Source of the DNA: an uncultured virus (IMG/VR IMGVR_UViG_3300034073_003631)
Taxonomy: Duplodnaviria; Heunggongvirae; Uroviricota; Caudoviricetes
Length of the DNA: 64,000 bases
IMG/VR virus record: IMGVR_UViG_3300034073_003631
Span: 1-64,000 of that record
Strand: one strand, 5' to 3'
A program made the translations under genes and the position numbers. Below are positions 9,999 through 19,284 of the stretch, in pieces (within the stretch, counting starts at the first letter, position 1; each line of letters starts with the position of its first letter). The notes under the pieces were generated by a model that did not search any database, was not told the DNA's origin, and saw only the letters and a program-made list of their open reading frames with translations.

Positions 9999-10430
9999 TT
10001 ATGAAATGCTTATTGTTTTCTTTCCTGTTTCAACATAATTTGGCAAGAATAATGTCAAAATACCATTTGAAACTGTTGCTTCAATATTACCCTCATTTAT
10101 TTGGTAATTATTCAATTTGAAATTGTGTCTTATTGTTTTAGTTTCACCCTTCTTGTTAAATACCCTTTTTCCGGTTATCTTTATTTCCTTGTTCTCCAAA
10201 ACAATTTCCAAATTGTCTTTTGTGTAGCCTGGAACTTCAAAGGATATATAAGCACCATCCTTGGTTGATTCAATATCATATTCATCATTAAAAATACTAC
10301 GACTTTGGGTTGATTGTGATGAAATGTTTTGGTCTGATGAACTAAAAGGGTTGTAAGTTGAATGTGATGTAAACACAAATGGGCTTGAAGAACCAAATAA
10401 TAACTCTGCTAAAAAATCTCTCTCTTTCAT
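9999..10430 (-). CDS. Small heat-shock protein (Hsp20/alpha-crystallin)
   Basis: FEVPGYTKDNLEIVLE...IEATVSNGILTLFLP. Confidence 0.9.
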   Translation of the reverse strand: MKERDFLAELLFGSSSPFVFTSHSTYNPFSSSDQNISSQSTQSRSIFNDEYDIESTKDGAYISFEVPGYTKDNLEIVLENKEIKITGKRVFNKKGETKTIRHNFKLNNYQINEGNIEATVSNGILTLFLPNYVETGKKTISIS

Positions 10431-10472
10431 AATTTTGTTTTTTTTATAAATGTTTATTTTTTTTATGAGAAA

Positions 10473-10489
10473 GTCAAATTTAATACCAA
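10473..10489 (-). promoter_or_regulatory. sigma54-like -24/-12 promoter candidate for hsp20
   Basis: Minus strand TTGGTATTAAATTTGAC is GG-N10-GA, with the same spacing as the GG-N10-GC consensus. Confidence 0.45.
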
Positions 10490-10501
10490 CTTATTTTCAT
10501 A

Positions 10502-10576
10502 TGACATTTTGTCAGTTATAAGCATTGTTAGATGACATATTGTCATATGAATCATTATTTTACTGACAATTTGTCA
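10502..10576. promoter_or_regulatory. Three TGACA-N3-TGTCA palindromic operator/enhancer sites
   Basis: Sites at 10502-10514, 10533-10545 and 10564-10576, with an exact 31-bp period, between divergent hsp20 and clpC. Confidence 0.85.
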
Positions 10577-10629
10577 AAACTATTGGATTAGTCCAAAATT
10601 TGTATGATATTTATAAAAAAACATAAGAT

Positions 10630-12642
10630 ATGAATGTTGACTATTTTGATGATGAAAAAACAACAAGAGGCAAGAAAAACACCTCTGGTTCAAAAACTCC
10701 AGTATTGGACAATTTTAGTAGGGACTTATCCAAATTGGCTGAGATGGGAAAATTGGATATGTCAATTGGTAGGGAGAAAGAGGTTAAGAGATTGGCTCAA
10801 ATCTTATCAAGACGAAAAAAGAACAATCCATTAATCCTTGGTGATGCTGGGTGTGGTAAAACAAACTTAATTGAAGGTGTTGCATTGATGATTTCAAAAG
10901 GTGAGGGTCCACAAAATCTATTAAACAAAAGAATTGTAAATTTAGATTTAACCTCTGTTGTTGCTGGAACTAAATATAGGGGTCAGTTTGAGGAAAGAAT
11001 GAAAGTAATTCTTGATGAATTGATTGCAAATCCAAATGTTGTTGTATTCATTGATGAAATACATACATTAATTGGGTCTGGAAACTCATCTAATGCTATG
11101 GATGGTGCAAATATATTCAAGCCAGCATTAGCATCTGGGGATATTCAATGCATTGGTGCAACCACATTTGATGAATTTAAAAAATCAATAGAGAAAGATG
11201 GGGCATTAGCAAGGAGATTTCAAAAAATCAAACTTGAACAACCTTCAATAAGTGAAACAATTAAAATTGTTAAACAATCTATTGATAAGTATGAATCCTT
11301 CCACAAGGCATCATATAGTGATGAGGTTATTGATTTATGTGTCAAGATGGCAGATAGATATATTAATGATAGAGCATTTCCTGATAAGGCTTTTGATGTT
11401 ATTGATGAAGTTGGGGCAAAACTACAAGTTGAGGTTAAAATACCTGAATCAATTGTAAAATTAAAAGAAAAGATTAATGACTTAAAACAGGAAAAAACAA
11501 GAGTTGTTATAAACCAAGAATATGAATTGGCTGCTGAAATTAGGGATAAAGAGTTAAAGTTATTAACAAAACTTGAATCTGAAACAAAAAAGTTTGAAGA
11601 GGATAAGTTAAAGAATAAGCGAAAGATAGATATTGAAGATGTCTATTCTGTTGTTTCAATTATGACAAATATTCCTTTGGAACAAATGAATATTGATGAA
11701 AAGCAAAAACTAATAAATTTAGATAAAAAGATTAAGGAAAATCTTATTGGTCAAGACGCTGCTGTTGAATCTATTACAAGATCAATTAAAAGAAATAGAC
11801 TTAACATTAAAGACCCAAATAGACCAGTTGGTAGTTTCATATTTTTAGGATCCACAGGAGTTGGTAAAACACATTTAGCAAAACAATTAGCCAAACAATT
11901 ATTTGGAAATGAGAAATCATTGATTAGGGTTGATATGAGTGAATACCAGGAAAAACACACCATATCAAGATTGATTGGTTCGCCTCCAGGCTATGTTGGT
12001 CATGATGAGGGTGGTCAATTGACTGAAAAAGTTAAGAATAACCCATATTCAATTATCTTGTTTGATGAGATTGAAAAAGCCCATAAGGATGTATTTAACT
12101 TGTTATTGCAGATATTAGATGAAGGTCATTTAACTGATAGTCTAGGTAAAACTGTCAATTTCAAAAACACAATCATCATTTTAACAACAAACTTGGGTAT
12201 CAAAAAATTCCAAGACTTTGGAACTGGAATTAGTTTCACATCATCCAAATATGGCAATGAAGTTGCTAAAAAAGAAATGCTAATGAAAGAATTGAAAAAG
12301 TTCTTCTCACCTGAATTCTTGAACCGTATTGATGATACCATTGTATTTAACACATTGAATGATGAGAATGTTAAAAAGATAACTGAAATTGAACTTAACA
12401 AACTAATTACAAGATTAATAGAATCTAATTACATTGTTTCCTTTGATTCATCTGTTATTGATTTAATTAGCAAAGTTGGATTTGATGACACTTATGGAGC
12501 AAGACCAATCAAGAGAGCAATCCAGGATAAGATTGAGGATTTAATATCTGATGAGGTTTTAAATGGTTTCATTAAAGAGAATGAACCTTACCACCTAGTG
12601 GTTGAAGATGAAAATGTTATAATTAAAAAGGGGGTCGCTTGA
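10630..12642 (+). CDS. clpC: ClpC/ClpB-family AAA+ ATPase lacking the N-terminal Clp repeat domain
   Basis: Two AAA modules (GDAGCGKT/FIDEIH and GSTGVGKT/LFDEIEKAH), RRKKNNP, GSPPGYVG, UVR-like EYELAAEIRD and GARPIKR. Confidence 0.92.
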   Translation: MNVDYFDDEKTTRGKKNTSGSKTPVLDNFSRDLSKLAEMGKLDMSIGREKEVKRLAQILSRRKKNNPLILGDAGCGKTNLIEGVALMISKGEGPQNLLNKRIVNLDLTSVVAGTKYRGQFEERMKVILDELIANPNVVVFIDEIHTLIGSGNSSNAMDGANIFKPALASGDIQCIGATTFDEFKKSIEKDGALARRFQKIKLEQPSISETIKIVKQSIDKYESFHKASYSDEVIDLCVKMADRYINDRAFPDKAFDVIDEVGAKLQVEVKIPESIVKLKEKINDLKQEKTRVVINQEYELAAEIRDKELKLLTKLESETKKFEEDKLKNKRKIDIEDVYSVVSIMTNIPLEQMNIDEKQKLINLDKKIKENLIGQDAAVESITRSIKRNRLNIKDPNRPVGSFIFLGSTGVGKTHLAKQLAKQLFGNEKSLIRVDMSEYQEKHTISRLIGSPPGYVGHDEGGQLTEKVKNNPYSIILFDEIEKAHKDVFNLLLQILDEGHLTDSLGKTVNFKNTIIILTTNLGIKKFQDFGTGISFTSSKYGNEVAKKEMLMKELKKFFSPEFLNRIDDTIVFNTLNDENVKKITEIELNKLITRLIESNYIVSFDSSVIDLISKVGFDDTYGARPIKRAIQDKIEDLISDEVLNGFIKENEPYHLVVEDENVIIKKGVA

Positions 12643-12657
12643 CCCCCTTCCTTTTTT
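12626..12657. terminator. Bidirectional terminator
   Basis: AAAAAGGGGGTC-GCTT-GACCCCCTT followed by a T tract, between convergent genes. Confidence 0.75.
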
Positions 12658-13468
12658 ACCTCTTTTCCCTAAAAGATGGTCTTATAACTGGTATATGTTT
12701 CTTTTCATATTTTTCATAACCTAGACTTGCAATCATTTCCCTCCCTATTTTAATCCCATTCTCCACATCTTCTAAAACAACATACTCATCTGGTGTATGA
12801 TAATCATAATAACCAATGGATATGTTAAGGCAACTAAAATCAAATAACTTCTTTAATGCATATACATCTGTATAAGGATGTGAGCCAAACCTGGGGGTTG
12901 TATTCTCTACTAATACACTGTTAATCTTATTGAAGAACTCACTATCCCTATTAAATAAAGGAACACCAGATGAAATTTCAGTCACCATCCAATCAAAAGG
13001 GGCATCAAACTGTATGGCATATCCAACGTTTTTGAAGAATTCTGGATCTGCTTTTAATGAACCAATACACCCAATTTCTTCTGATACAAAAAAAGCAGCC
13101 TTTAAAACTGGTAATTCTGTCAATAAAGTTAAACAGGCAAAAACACCAGCTTTATCATCACCCCCAATTCCAGTTGGTTGCCCAATCTTATTATAACCCT
13201 TATAAGCCTCTTTTAAGACACCTTTTGAATTTTCCCTTAGTTCAGTTCTAACATCTATATAAGTGTTGTTGTGGACTGTATCTGTGTGTGCTACAACACA
13301 AGGATAGGTTTCTGTTTCACCCTTTGTGCAATATATGTTGGACATCTTATCAACCTCATATGGTATATTATTCTTTTTTAGAAATTCACATATGTAATTA
13401 ACTAATTTTAATTCCCTGTCACTATATGATGGAATTGATAACACTTCTTTTAATAATTCTTTGTTCAT
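12656..13468 (-). CDS. M28/M20-family zinc peptidase
   Basis: VAHTDTVH, GGDDKAG, SEEIGCIGS and YHTPDE metal-binding motifs. Confidence 0.85.
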   Translation of the reverse strand: MNKELLKEVLSIPSYSDRELKLVNYICEFLKKNNIPYEVDKMSNIYCTKGETETYPCVVAHTDTVHNNTYIDVRTELRENSKGVLKEAYKGYNKIGQPTGIGGDDKAGVFACLTLLTELPVLKAAFFVSEEIGCIGSLKADPEFFKNVGYAIQFDAPFDWMVTEISSGVPLFNRDSEFFNKINSVLVENTTPRFGSHPYTDVYALKKLFDFSCLNISIGYYDYHTPDEYVVLEDVENGIKIGREMIASLGYEKYEKKHIPVIRPSFREKR

Positions 13469-13492
13469 GTTTTTTTGTATAAATATAAGTGA

Positions 13493-13903
13493 TTAAATTG
13501 TTAAAAACTTAATTTCACCACCCTTTTCTTTTATCATATCCTTGATTTCTTTGTATGAATATTTTTCAGATAGAGTTGTGTATTTTGCAAACATTGAGTG
13601 TGCTTTTAGATTTTTTGGAATTGAATCTATTTCTAAAGCCGTTAGGTATAAATCACCATCAATAGTTAAATTATCTGGGAGAGTTTTTATTTTTGTCAAT
13701 CTTAAATCAAGATATCCTTTAACAGTAAAATTGTCTGGTAATCTTTTTACCCTTGCACCATATAAATCAAAATTATCATCATAAAATAAATCTTTATCAT
13801 CTATTGAATCAAAATCATTGATTAATTTCCATGTTAGGGGTGTTCTTTTGTTATCTTTTCCTTCAAGGAATTCAAATATTCTTTTTAATACTTCTTTTTC
13901 CAT
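13493..13903 (-). CDS. Capped LRR-like repeat protein (divergent member, about 3 repeats)
   Basis: MEKEVLKRIFEFLE N-cap; LPDNFTVKGYLDL and LPDNLTIDGDLYL repeats. Confidence 0.85.
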   Translation of the reverse strand: MEKEVLKRIFEFLEGKDNKRTPLTWKLINDFDSIDDKDLFYDDNFDLYGARVKRLPDNFTVKGYLDLRLTKIKTLPDNLTIDGDLYLTALEIDSIPKNLKAHSMFAKYTTLSEKYSYKEIKDMIKEKGGEIKFLTI

Positions 13904-14373
13904 TATCTAATTATTTTTCCTTTTATAAATCCAGGTTTAACCATTTCCCTTAATTCATCATCTGAATATTTTGTTAATTTTGTATTACCTATAACCAAAA
14001 AAGATTCAACTTCCAAACCTTTTGGTAATGATGTTACTTTTGTAAATCTTAAATCCAAAGCACCACCAACTTTCAATCCTTCAGGTAATGAAGTTATTGA
14101 ATCACAACCCAATAACCACAAAATACCACCAACTTTTAAGTCTTTTGGTAGTGAGGTTATATTAATAGAACCATTTAAATCCAAATCACCACCAACTTTT
14201 AAACCTTCTGGTAATGATTTCACTTTTGACCTTTCTAAACTAAAATTACCTTTAATATTCAAATCTTTTTTTGTTAATGGTATATTATTTTCCCATTTCC
14301 ATAAAAATGGTGCTCTATGTTCTTGATTATCTTCCAGGAATTGAAGTATTCTTTTTAATTGTTCTTTTTCCAT
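13903..14373 (-). CDS. Capped LRR-like repeat protein (4 repeats)
   Basis: MEKEQLKRILQFLE N-cap; LP(E/K)(G/D)L(K/E)V x4; C-cap KYSDDELREMVKPGFIKG. Confidence 0.9.
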   Translation of the reverse strand: MEKEQLKRILQFLEDNQEHRAPFLWKWENNIPLTKKDLNIKGNFSLERSKVKSLPEGLKVGGDLDLNGSINITSLPKDLKVGGILWLLGCDSITSLPEGLKVGGALDLRFTKVTSLPKGLEVESFLVIGNTKLTKYSDDELREMVKPGFIKGKIIR

Positions 14374-14557
14374 TGTTTAGTTAATTTCAATTATAAATAT
14401 ATAAAAAAAACTATTTTTAATACCACATTCAACTAATATCACTATAACTAATCTCTTATGTAAAGATAAGTCTTATTATTGACTTTATCATACCCCAAGC
14501 AAACTATTTTATTTAAAATAAATGAAAAAAACATTTGGAAAATCAAAAAAAGGGATG

Positions 14558-14565
14558 TATATTTG
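14558..14565 (+). promoter_or_regulatory. Bacteroidota sigmaA -7 element (TAnnTTTG), representative copy upstream of tmRNA
   Basis: TATATTTG with TTTG at 14534. Other copies at 15141, 28363, 29627, 49551, 50828, 50969, 53560, 62167 (+) and 41145-41152 (-), each shortly before a gene start. Confidence 0.7.
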
Positions 14566-14602
14566 TATTCTCAAAACAAGTGAGGTATTTATACAAAGAA
14601 AA

Positions 14603-15024
14603 GGGGACGAAAGGTATCGATTGGCGTGGATTGTGTGAGTAGGCATGTTGGGGCTGAATTAACCTCATTAACAACTGGTTCAAGCCTTTAACTGGCAACA
14701 CTTTAGAAACTTTAGCAACTTTAGGCTTAGTGCGTGAAGATGCTGTTGTTGCAGCTTAGTAGTTGTGACAACCCCAGGTCGGTGGGCATATAACCTAGGA
14801 ACAGAAGCCTCATAGTGTGATACTACTTATTGTGTCAAAGGTTTTAGTTTGGGGTGCTACCTGTTAGTCTATGCAAATAGCAGAAGTGAATCCTCCATAG
14901 TTGGCAGATCAAATGGCAAAATATGAACTGTCTTATGTGTCCATACAGAATCTATGGAATAAACATGTAGTCTATTTACTTAATTACGAGCAAGACCAGG
15001 GTTCAATTCCCTGCGTCTCCACCA
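14603..15024 (+). ncRNA. ssrA: tmRNA
   Basis: 5' GGGGACG pairs with 3' CGTCTCC-ACCA, including the G3:U alanine identity pair. T-arm CAGGGTTCAATTCCCTG. Tag ORF 14694-14759 GNTLETLATLGLVREDAVVAA*. Downstream hairpin at about 15025-15055. Confidence 0.93.
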
Positions 15025-15165
15025 ATGGAAGAACCATATTATTTGGTTCTTCCATTTATTTTAAACAAAATGTTACTTATTATTAATATTTATATTAAAA
15101 ATACAACCAATCTAGGGTAAAATCTTACCTTACATTTTATTATCTTTGCAAAAAAAAATAAAATT

Positions 15166-15771
15166 ATGAAAAAAATAATATATGCACTAGTTGCAGTATC
15201 AACTGTTGACTTGTTACAAATGACAAGTAATACCAAATTTCAAAAAAATGAAATTAATGAAATAAAAATAACCAGTCAAAAAGTTCTAAAGAATAAGGAT
15301 GCCAAATTATTATTCTTATATCTTGAGATAATTGAAAATGGTATCAAACATCCTGATATTGTTTTAGCACAAGCAATATTGGAAAGTGGTTATCTATCAA
15401 GCCAAATATTCATTGAGAATAAAAACCTATTTGGGATGAGATTTCCTGAAAGAAGGCCAACAGTTGCCTTATCAAAGAATAGGGGGTATTCTGTTTATGA
15501 TTGCTGGACAGATAGTGTTAAGGATTATAAGTTGTTCCAGGATTTTCTATTTAGAAGAAAAGAAAAGACAAGAGATGAATATTTTGATTACTTAAATAGA
15601 ATTTATGCAGAGGATCCAAATTATGTGCCATTCTTAAAAAAAGTTATTGAGGATAATAAGATTATCATAGAGTCCAATTTAGATTTATATAAAGAATTCA
15701 AAAACAACACAGAAACATATGAATATAATGAAAAAATATGTGAATTAGCAAAACCAATAAAAATAGTTTAA
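15166..15771 (+). CDS. Glucosaminidase (GH73/FlgJ-like) peptidoglycan hydrolase
   Basis: IVLAQAILESG, NLFGM and YAEDPNY motifs. Confidence 0.85.
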   Translation: MKKIIYALVAVSTVDLLQMTSNTKFQKNEINEIKITSQKVLKNKDAKLLFLYLEIIENGIKHPDIVLAQAILESGYLSSQIFIENKNLFGMRFPERRPTVALSKNRGYSVYDCWTDSVKDYKLFQDFLFRRKEKTRDEYFDYLNRIYAEDPNYVPFLKKVIEDNKIIIESNLDLYKEFKNNTETYEYNEKICELAKPIKIV

Positions 15772-15807
15772 TGATATTGTTATATTTATATATATAATAT
15801 ATAAATT

Positions 15808-17094
15808 ATGATTTATGAAAATAAACTTTATGCCCCCATCAAGAACTATAGCCCAAGTATTATAACTTCAAAATATAATGAAGTTAGAAAAAATAAGCAA
15901 CACAAAGGTCTTGATTTGGGTGTACAATCTGGAACACAAGTATTAGCACCCCAGGATGGGACAATTAAAACTAGCCAAATAACCCAAGGTAATTGTGGTG
16001 GTTTGATTGAAATAACACATGCTGACAATATAACAACAAGATATTGTCATTTAAAAAAGATAGATGTTAGACCAGGTCAAACTGTTAAAGCTGGACAAGT
16101 GATTGGTTTGAGTGGTGGTGCAGCAAATGATTTTGGAAAAGGACTATCAACAGGCGCTCATTTGCATTTTGAAGTTCTTGTTGGAAACCAATTTGTTGAT
16201 CCAGAAAAATATCTATCAGGACAAGCAGCTACTTTTACAGGAGACACATCAAGTAATTCTTATAATTTAAGCAATGATGGAAGTACATCTTCCTCATCAA
16301 AAAGTTATATTGCAGGAGATGGAAGTACAAGTTCATCACAAAAAACATATAATATGTATAACCCAAATAAAGAAGCAGTTGTTCCTGAATCAATTAAAAA
16401 TGATGTTAAAAATATTAAAGAATATTATAAAAAATTAAACATACCAATTCTTTTGGAATATAATTTATTTGAACCAAATGAATTAACAAAACTTGGTGAA
16501 AAATTAGTTGATTCATTTAGTAAAAAAAGTAATAAAGAATTTTCAGATAATTACACCTACCAGCCAATTGGCACAGAGTTTAGATGCCAGTTTAGTAGAT
16601 GTGAAACCACTAAAAAAGGAAATTGCTATCTAACAGAGATATACTATGATAATAGTACTCATTATATTGAAGTATGTGCTGATAACTTTGAACTAAAAAA
16701 TAGAGTTGCAAGGAAAAATGATATTATTGCAAATATTAAATCAAATGATGATAATTATAGTGTAACTATATCAAGGGGACTTAGTACAAAAGTTGAATTA
16801 GTTAAGGGTGGTACTAGAGAAAAGAAACCATATAAATTCACATATGGGGGGACATCCTCCTCATCAAAAACATATAAACTAGGAAATGGTGATACTAGTA
16901 TGTCAAGAAAGACTTATAGCCTTGGGAAAGGGAAAACAAGTTCTTCAAAAGAACCCTATGCTTTAGGTAGGGGTGGTACAGATATGTCAAGTAAGAGTTA
17001 TGATATGCCTGGAAAAAGTGATAAAATTTTATCAAATGAAACATATAATTTAGATGTTAAAAATGAAATAAATAGAATACGCCAAATTTTATAA
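15808..17094 (+). CDS. M23 peptidase with Ser/Thr/Gly-rich repeats
   Basis: HKGLDLG, YCHL and STGAHLHFEV motifs; roughly 14-aa YxLGxGxTSxS repeats. Confidence 0.88.
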   Translation: MIYENKLYAPIKNYSPSIITSKYNEVRKNKQHKGLDLGVQSGTQVLAPQDGTIKTSQITQGNCGGLIEITHADNITTRYCHLKKIDVRPGQTVKAGQVIGLSGGAANDFGKGLSTGAHLHFEVLVGNQFVDPEKYLSGQAATFTGDTSSNSYNLSNDGSTSSSSKSYIAGDGSTSSSQKTYNMYNPNKEAVVPESIKNDVKNIKEYYKKLNIPILLEYNLFEPNELTKLGEKLVDSFSKKSNKEFSDNYTYQPIGTEFRCQFSRCETTKKGNCYLTEIYYDNSTHYIEVCADNFELKNRVARKNDIIANIKSNDDNYSVTISRGLSTKVELVKGGTREKKPYKFTYGGTSSSSKTYKLGNGDTSMSRKTYSLGKGKTSSSKEPYALGRGGTDMSSKSYDMPGKSDKILSNETYNLDVKNEINRIRQIL

Positions 17095-17095
17095 A

Positions 17096-17329
17096 ATGAA
17101 AAAATTCTTTAAATCATTATTAACAGCAAATGGTGATATATCAAGCAAACGATCAATAGGTATTTCTGCTGCAATGACTATCATATTTGCATCAATTGTT
17201 GATTTGTTTTCAGACTTCACAATAACTAATTATGTATTTGAAGGCCTTGTTTGGTTGGCTATTGCTGGATTAGGTTTTGTTGCTAGTGAAAAGTTTGCAG
17301 AGGTATTCAATTCAAAGAAGAATAGTTAG
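17096..17329 (+). CDS. Small two-TM membrane protein (holin-like)
   Basis: SSKR followed by two hydrophobic segments; directly follows the M23 gene. Confidence 0.6.
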   Translation: MKKFFKSLLTANGDISSKRSIGISAAMTIIFASIVDLFSDFTITNYVFEGLVWLAIAGLGFVASEKFAEVFNSKKNS

Positions 17330-18936
17330 TTTGCAAAACAAAATAAATTTCTACTTTGTATATACCTCAAATCTCTTGTTTTAAAATTAGGTGGTAGTTG
17401 AAGAACTATAGCAACACCTCTACCTTGTTGACCAGTTTGACCACTATCTATTTTAATCTTCCAATCATTTGTTTTTTCTATATATTTTGGTCCATCAATT
17501 ATTAAACCTTTTATATTATCAAAAGTCCTTTTTATCTTTTCAAGATCTCCTTCAACAATTTTTTTAGTAGCCTCAATTATTATATCAATTATTTCTTCTA
17601 AAAATTTCTTAAAAAAATTTATATCAGAACCATAATCATTAAGAAAACCACTTTCTTTAATGTTTTTTAATATTTTTGGAATGTTTGGTTCTAATATTCT
17701 TGTAATATGGAGTGTGTTATTCTTTTTACTACTTGTAATATCATCTATTTTGAAATATTTTAATTCAATAATATCACCTTTAACTAAAACTTCACTTTTT
17801 TCTTCCATACATAATGAAACAGGGTTATCCACCATTATATCACCTTTTGTCATTTTATTATGTTCTTCAATTTCTAAAAAAACAGAGTTTTTGAAAATTA
17901 ATTCAATTTTATTTTTAATATCTTTATTTGAAGAAATACAATTACTATAAACATTATTTTGTTCATAACAATTTTTATAAAATTCTTTAATATTTTTACT
18001 TGATAACATTATTTTAATTGTGTCAGCATAAGCTAAATAAACTTTATTTTTTACTGTATTCTCACTATTTGCTTCACCTACTGCTTCAATATACAAAGCA
18101 CCATTCAAATCAGCTAATGTGCTTATTTGGTAATTAACATTACCTTTATATGATATAAATTGATTTGAATGTTCAAATCTTTTTTCAAATTTAAAAGCAT
18201 CAGTTGTCTCTCTTTTATGTGTCAATCCACAAAGTAATTTATCAATTGGTGTTGTTTTTTCGGTACAATCGTAAGAATAACTTGTACTTTTAGGTAATTC
18301 TTCTGAATCAAAATTTATTTGATAATCCACATATGTATTATATATTAAATTTTTTTCCTTACCTGCTTCAAGACTCATTAAACTTGTTTTATCATTTAGA
18401 TAAAAAGAATCATCATACATATTAACTAAATTCCTATATGAATAAAAATTAGGTTCATTTATTGATATCTTTCTTTCTCTATTTATAAAGAAATTTGTAA
18501 ATATATCAATATGAAGTGATACAAAATCATCAAACAAACCATCATCTCTTTTTTCTACACTTAATAGATTAGTAAAAATTTGACTAATATATATATTCAT
18601 AAATTTAGGAAGACTACTACAATAAAATTCAGCATTTAATTGGATTGATTCATTATCTAAATTTGATTTTTTTGATTTTTTTGATTTTTTTAATTGCTCT
18701 GTTGCTTTATCACAATCACTAAAATTTTTAAAATCAATAGATTTTAACTCAACATTTGGCTCTAAATATGATATAATTCTATTTTCTAATTTAGTTTTAC
18801 TATTATTTGGTACTATATCTTTAAATTTACCTTGTACACAATCATATACAAATTGAAACTCATCTGGTGTAATATATTTATGTTTCACACGTTTGCTATT
18901 ACCCTCATCTAATCTAAATAAATTAAAACTATTCAT
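17326..18936 (-). CDS. Hypothetical protein
   Basis: 536-aa ORF with upstream TATTTATA; no motif recognised. Confidence 0.7.
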   Translation of the reverse strand: MNSFNLFRLDEGNSKRVKHKYITPDEFQFVYDCVQGKFKDIVPNNSKTKLENRIISYLEPNVELKSIDFKNFSDCDKATEQLKKSKKSKKSNLDNESIQLNAEFYCSSLPKFMNIYISQIFTNLLSVEKRDDGLFDDFVSLHIDIFTNFFINRERKISINEPNFYSYRNLVNMYDDSFYLNDKTSLMSLEAGKEKNLIYNTYVDYQINFDSEELPKSTSYSYDCTEKTTPIDKLLCGLTHKRETTDAFKFEKRFEHSNQFISYKGNVNYQISTLADLNGALYIEAVGEANSENTVKNKVYLAYADTIKIMLSSKNIKEFYKNCYEQNNVYSNCISSNKDIKNKIELIFKNSVFLEIEEHNKMTKGDIMVDNPVSLCMEEKSEVLVKGDIIELKYFKIDDITSSKKNNTLHITRILEPNIPKILKNIKESGFLNDYGSDINFFKKFLEEIIDIIIEATKKIVEGDLEKIKRTFDNIKGLIIDGPKYIEKTNDWKIKIDSGQTGQQGRGVAIVLQLPPNFKTRDLRYIQSRNLFCFAN

Positions 18937-19013
18937 AAATTTTTACAATTTTTTATATATTTATAAATATAACAATATTGTTATATCTAAACATTTTTTT
19001 AAAAAAAAACAAA

Positions 19014-19235
19014 ATGACAAAAGAACAAATCTTAGGAGTTGTTAGGCATTTACTTACATTCTTTGGTGGTATTTTGGTTACAAAAGGTCTTATTGATGAA
19101 ACAATTGTAACAGAAATAATTGGTGGTCTTTCCACTTTAATTGGTGCTATATGGTCTTTTATTGCTAAGACGCCAATTTTAGCACCTACTGAAACACCTG
19201 TTGAAACTCCAAAAGTTGCAAAAAAAGGTAAATAA
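19014..19235 (+). CDS. Holin-like small membrane protein
   Basis: MTKEQILGVVRHLLTFFGGILVTKG...GAIWS: two TM segments and a charged tail. Confidence 0.65.
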   Translation: MTKEQILGVVRHLLTFFGGILVTKGLIDETIVTEIIGGLSTLIGAIWSFIAKTPILAPTETPVETPKVAKKGK

Positions 19236-19284
19236 TCAAATTTACCAAAATAGAAAAGGGCTTATATCACTATAAGCCCTTTTT

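Noticed and set aside
14901..15086. 61-aa ORF
   Set aside because: It overlaps the tmRNA 3' domain and its terminator.
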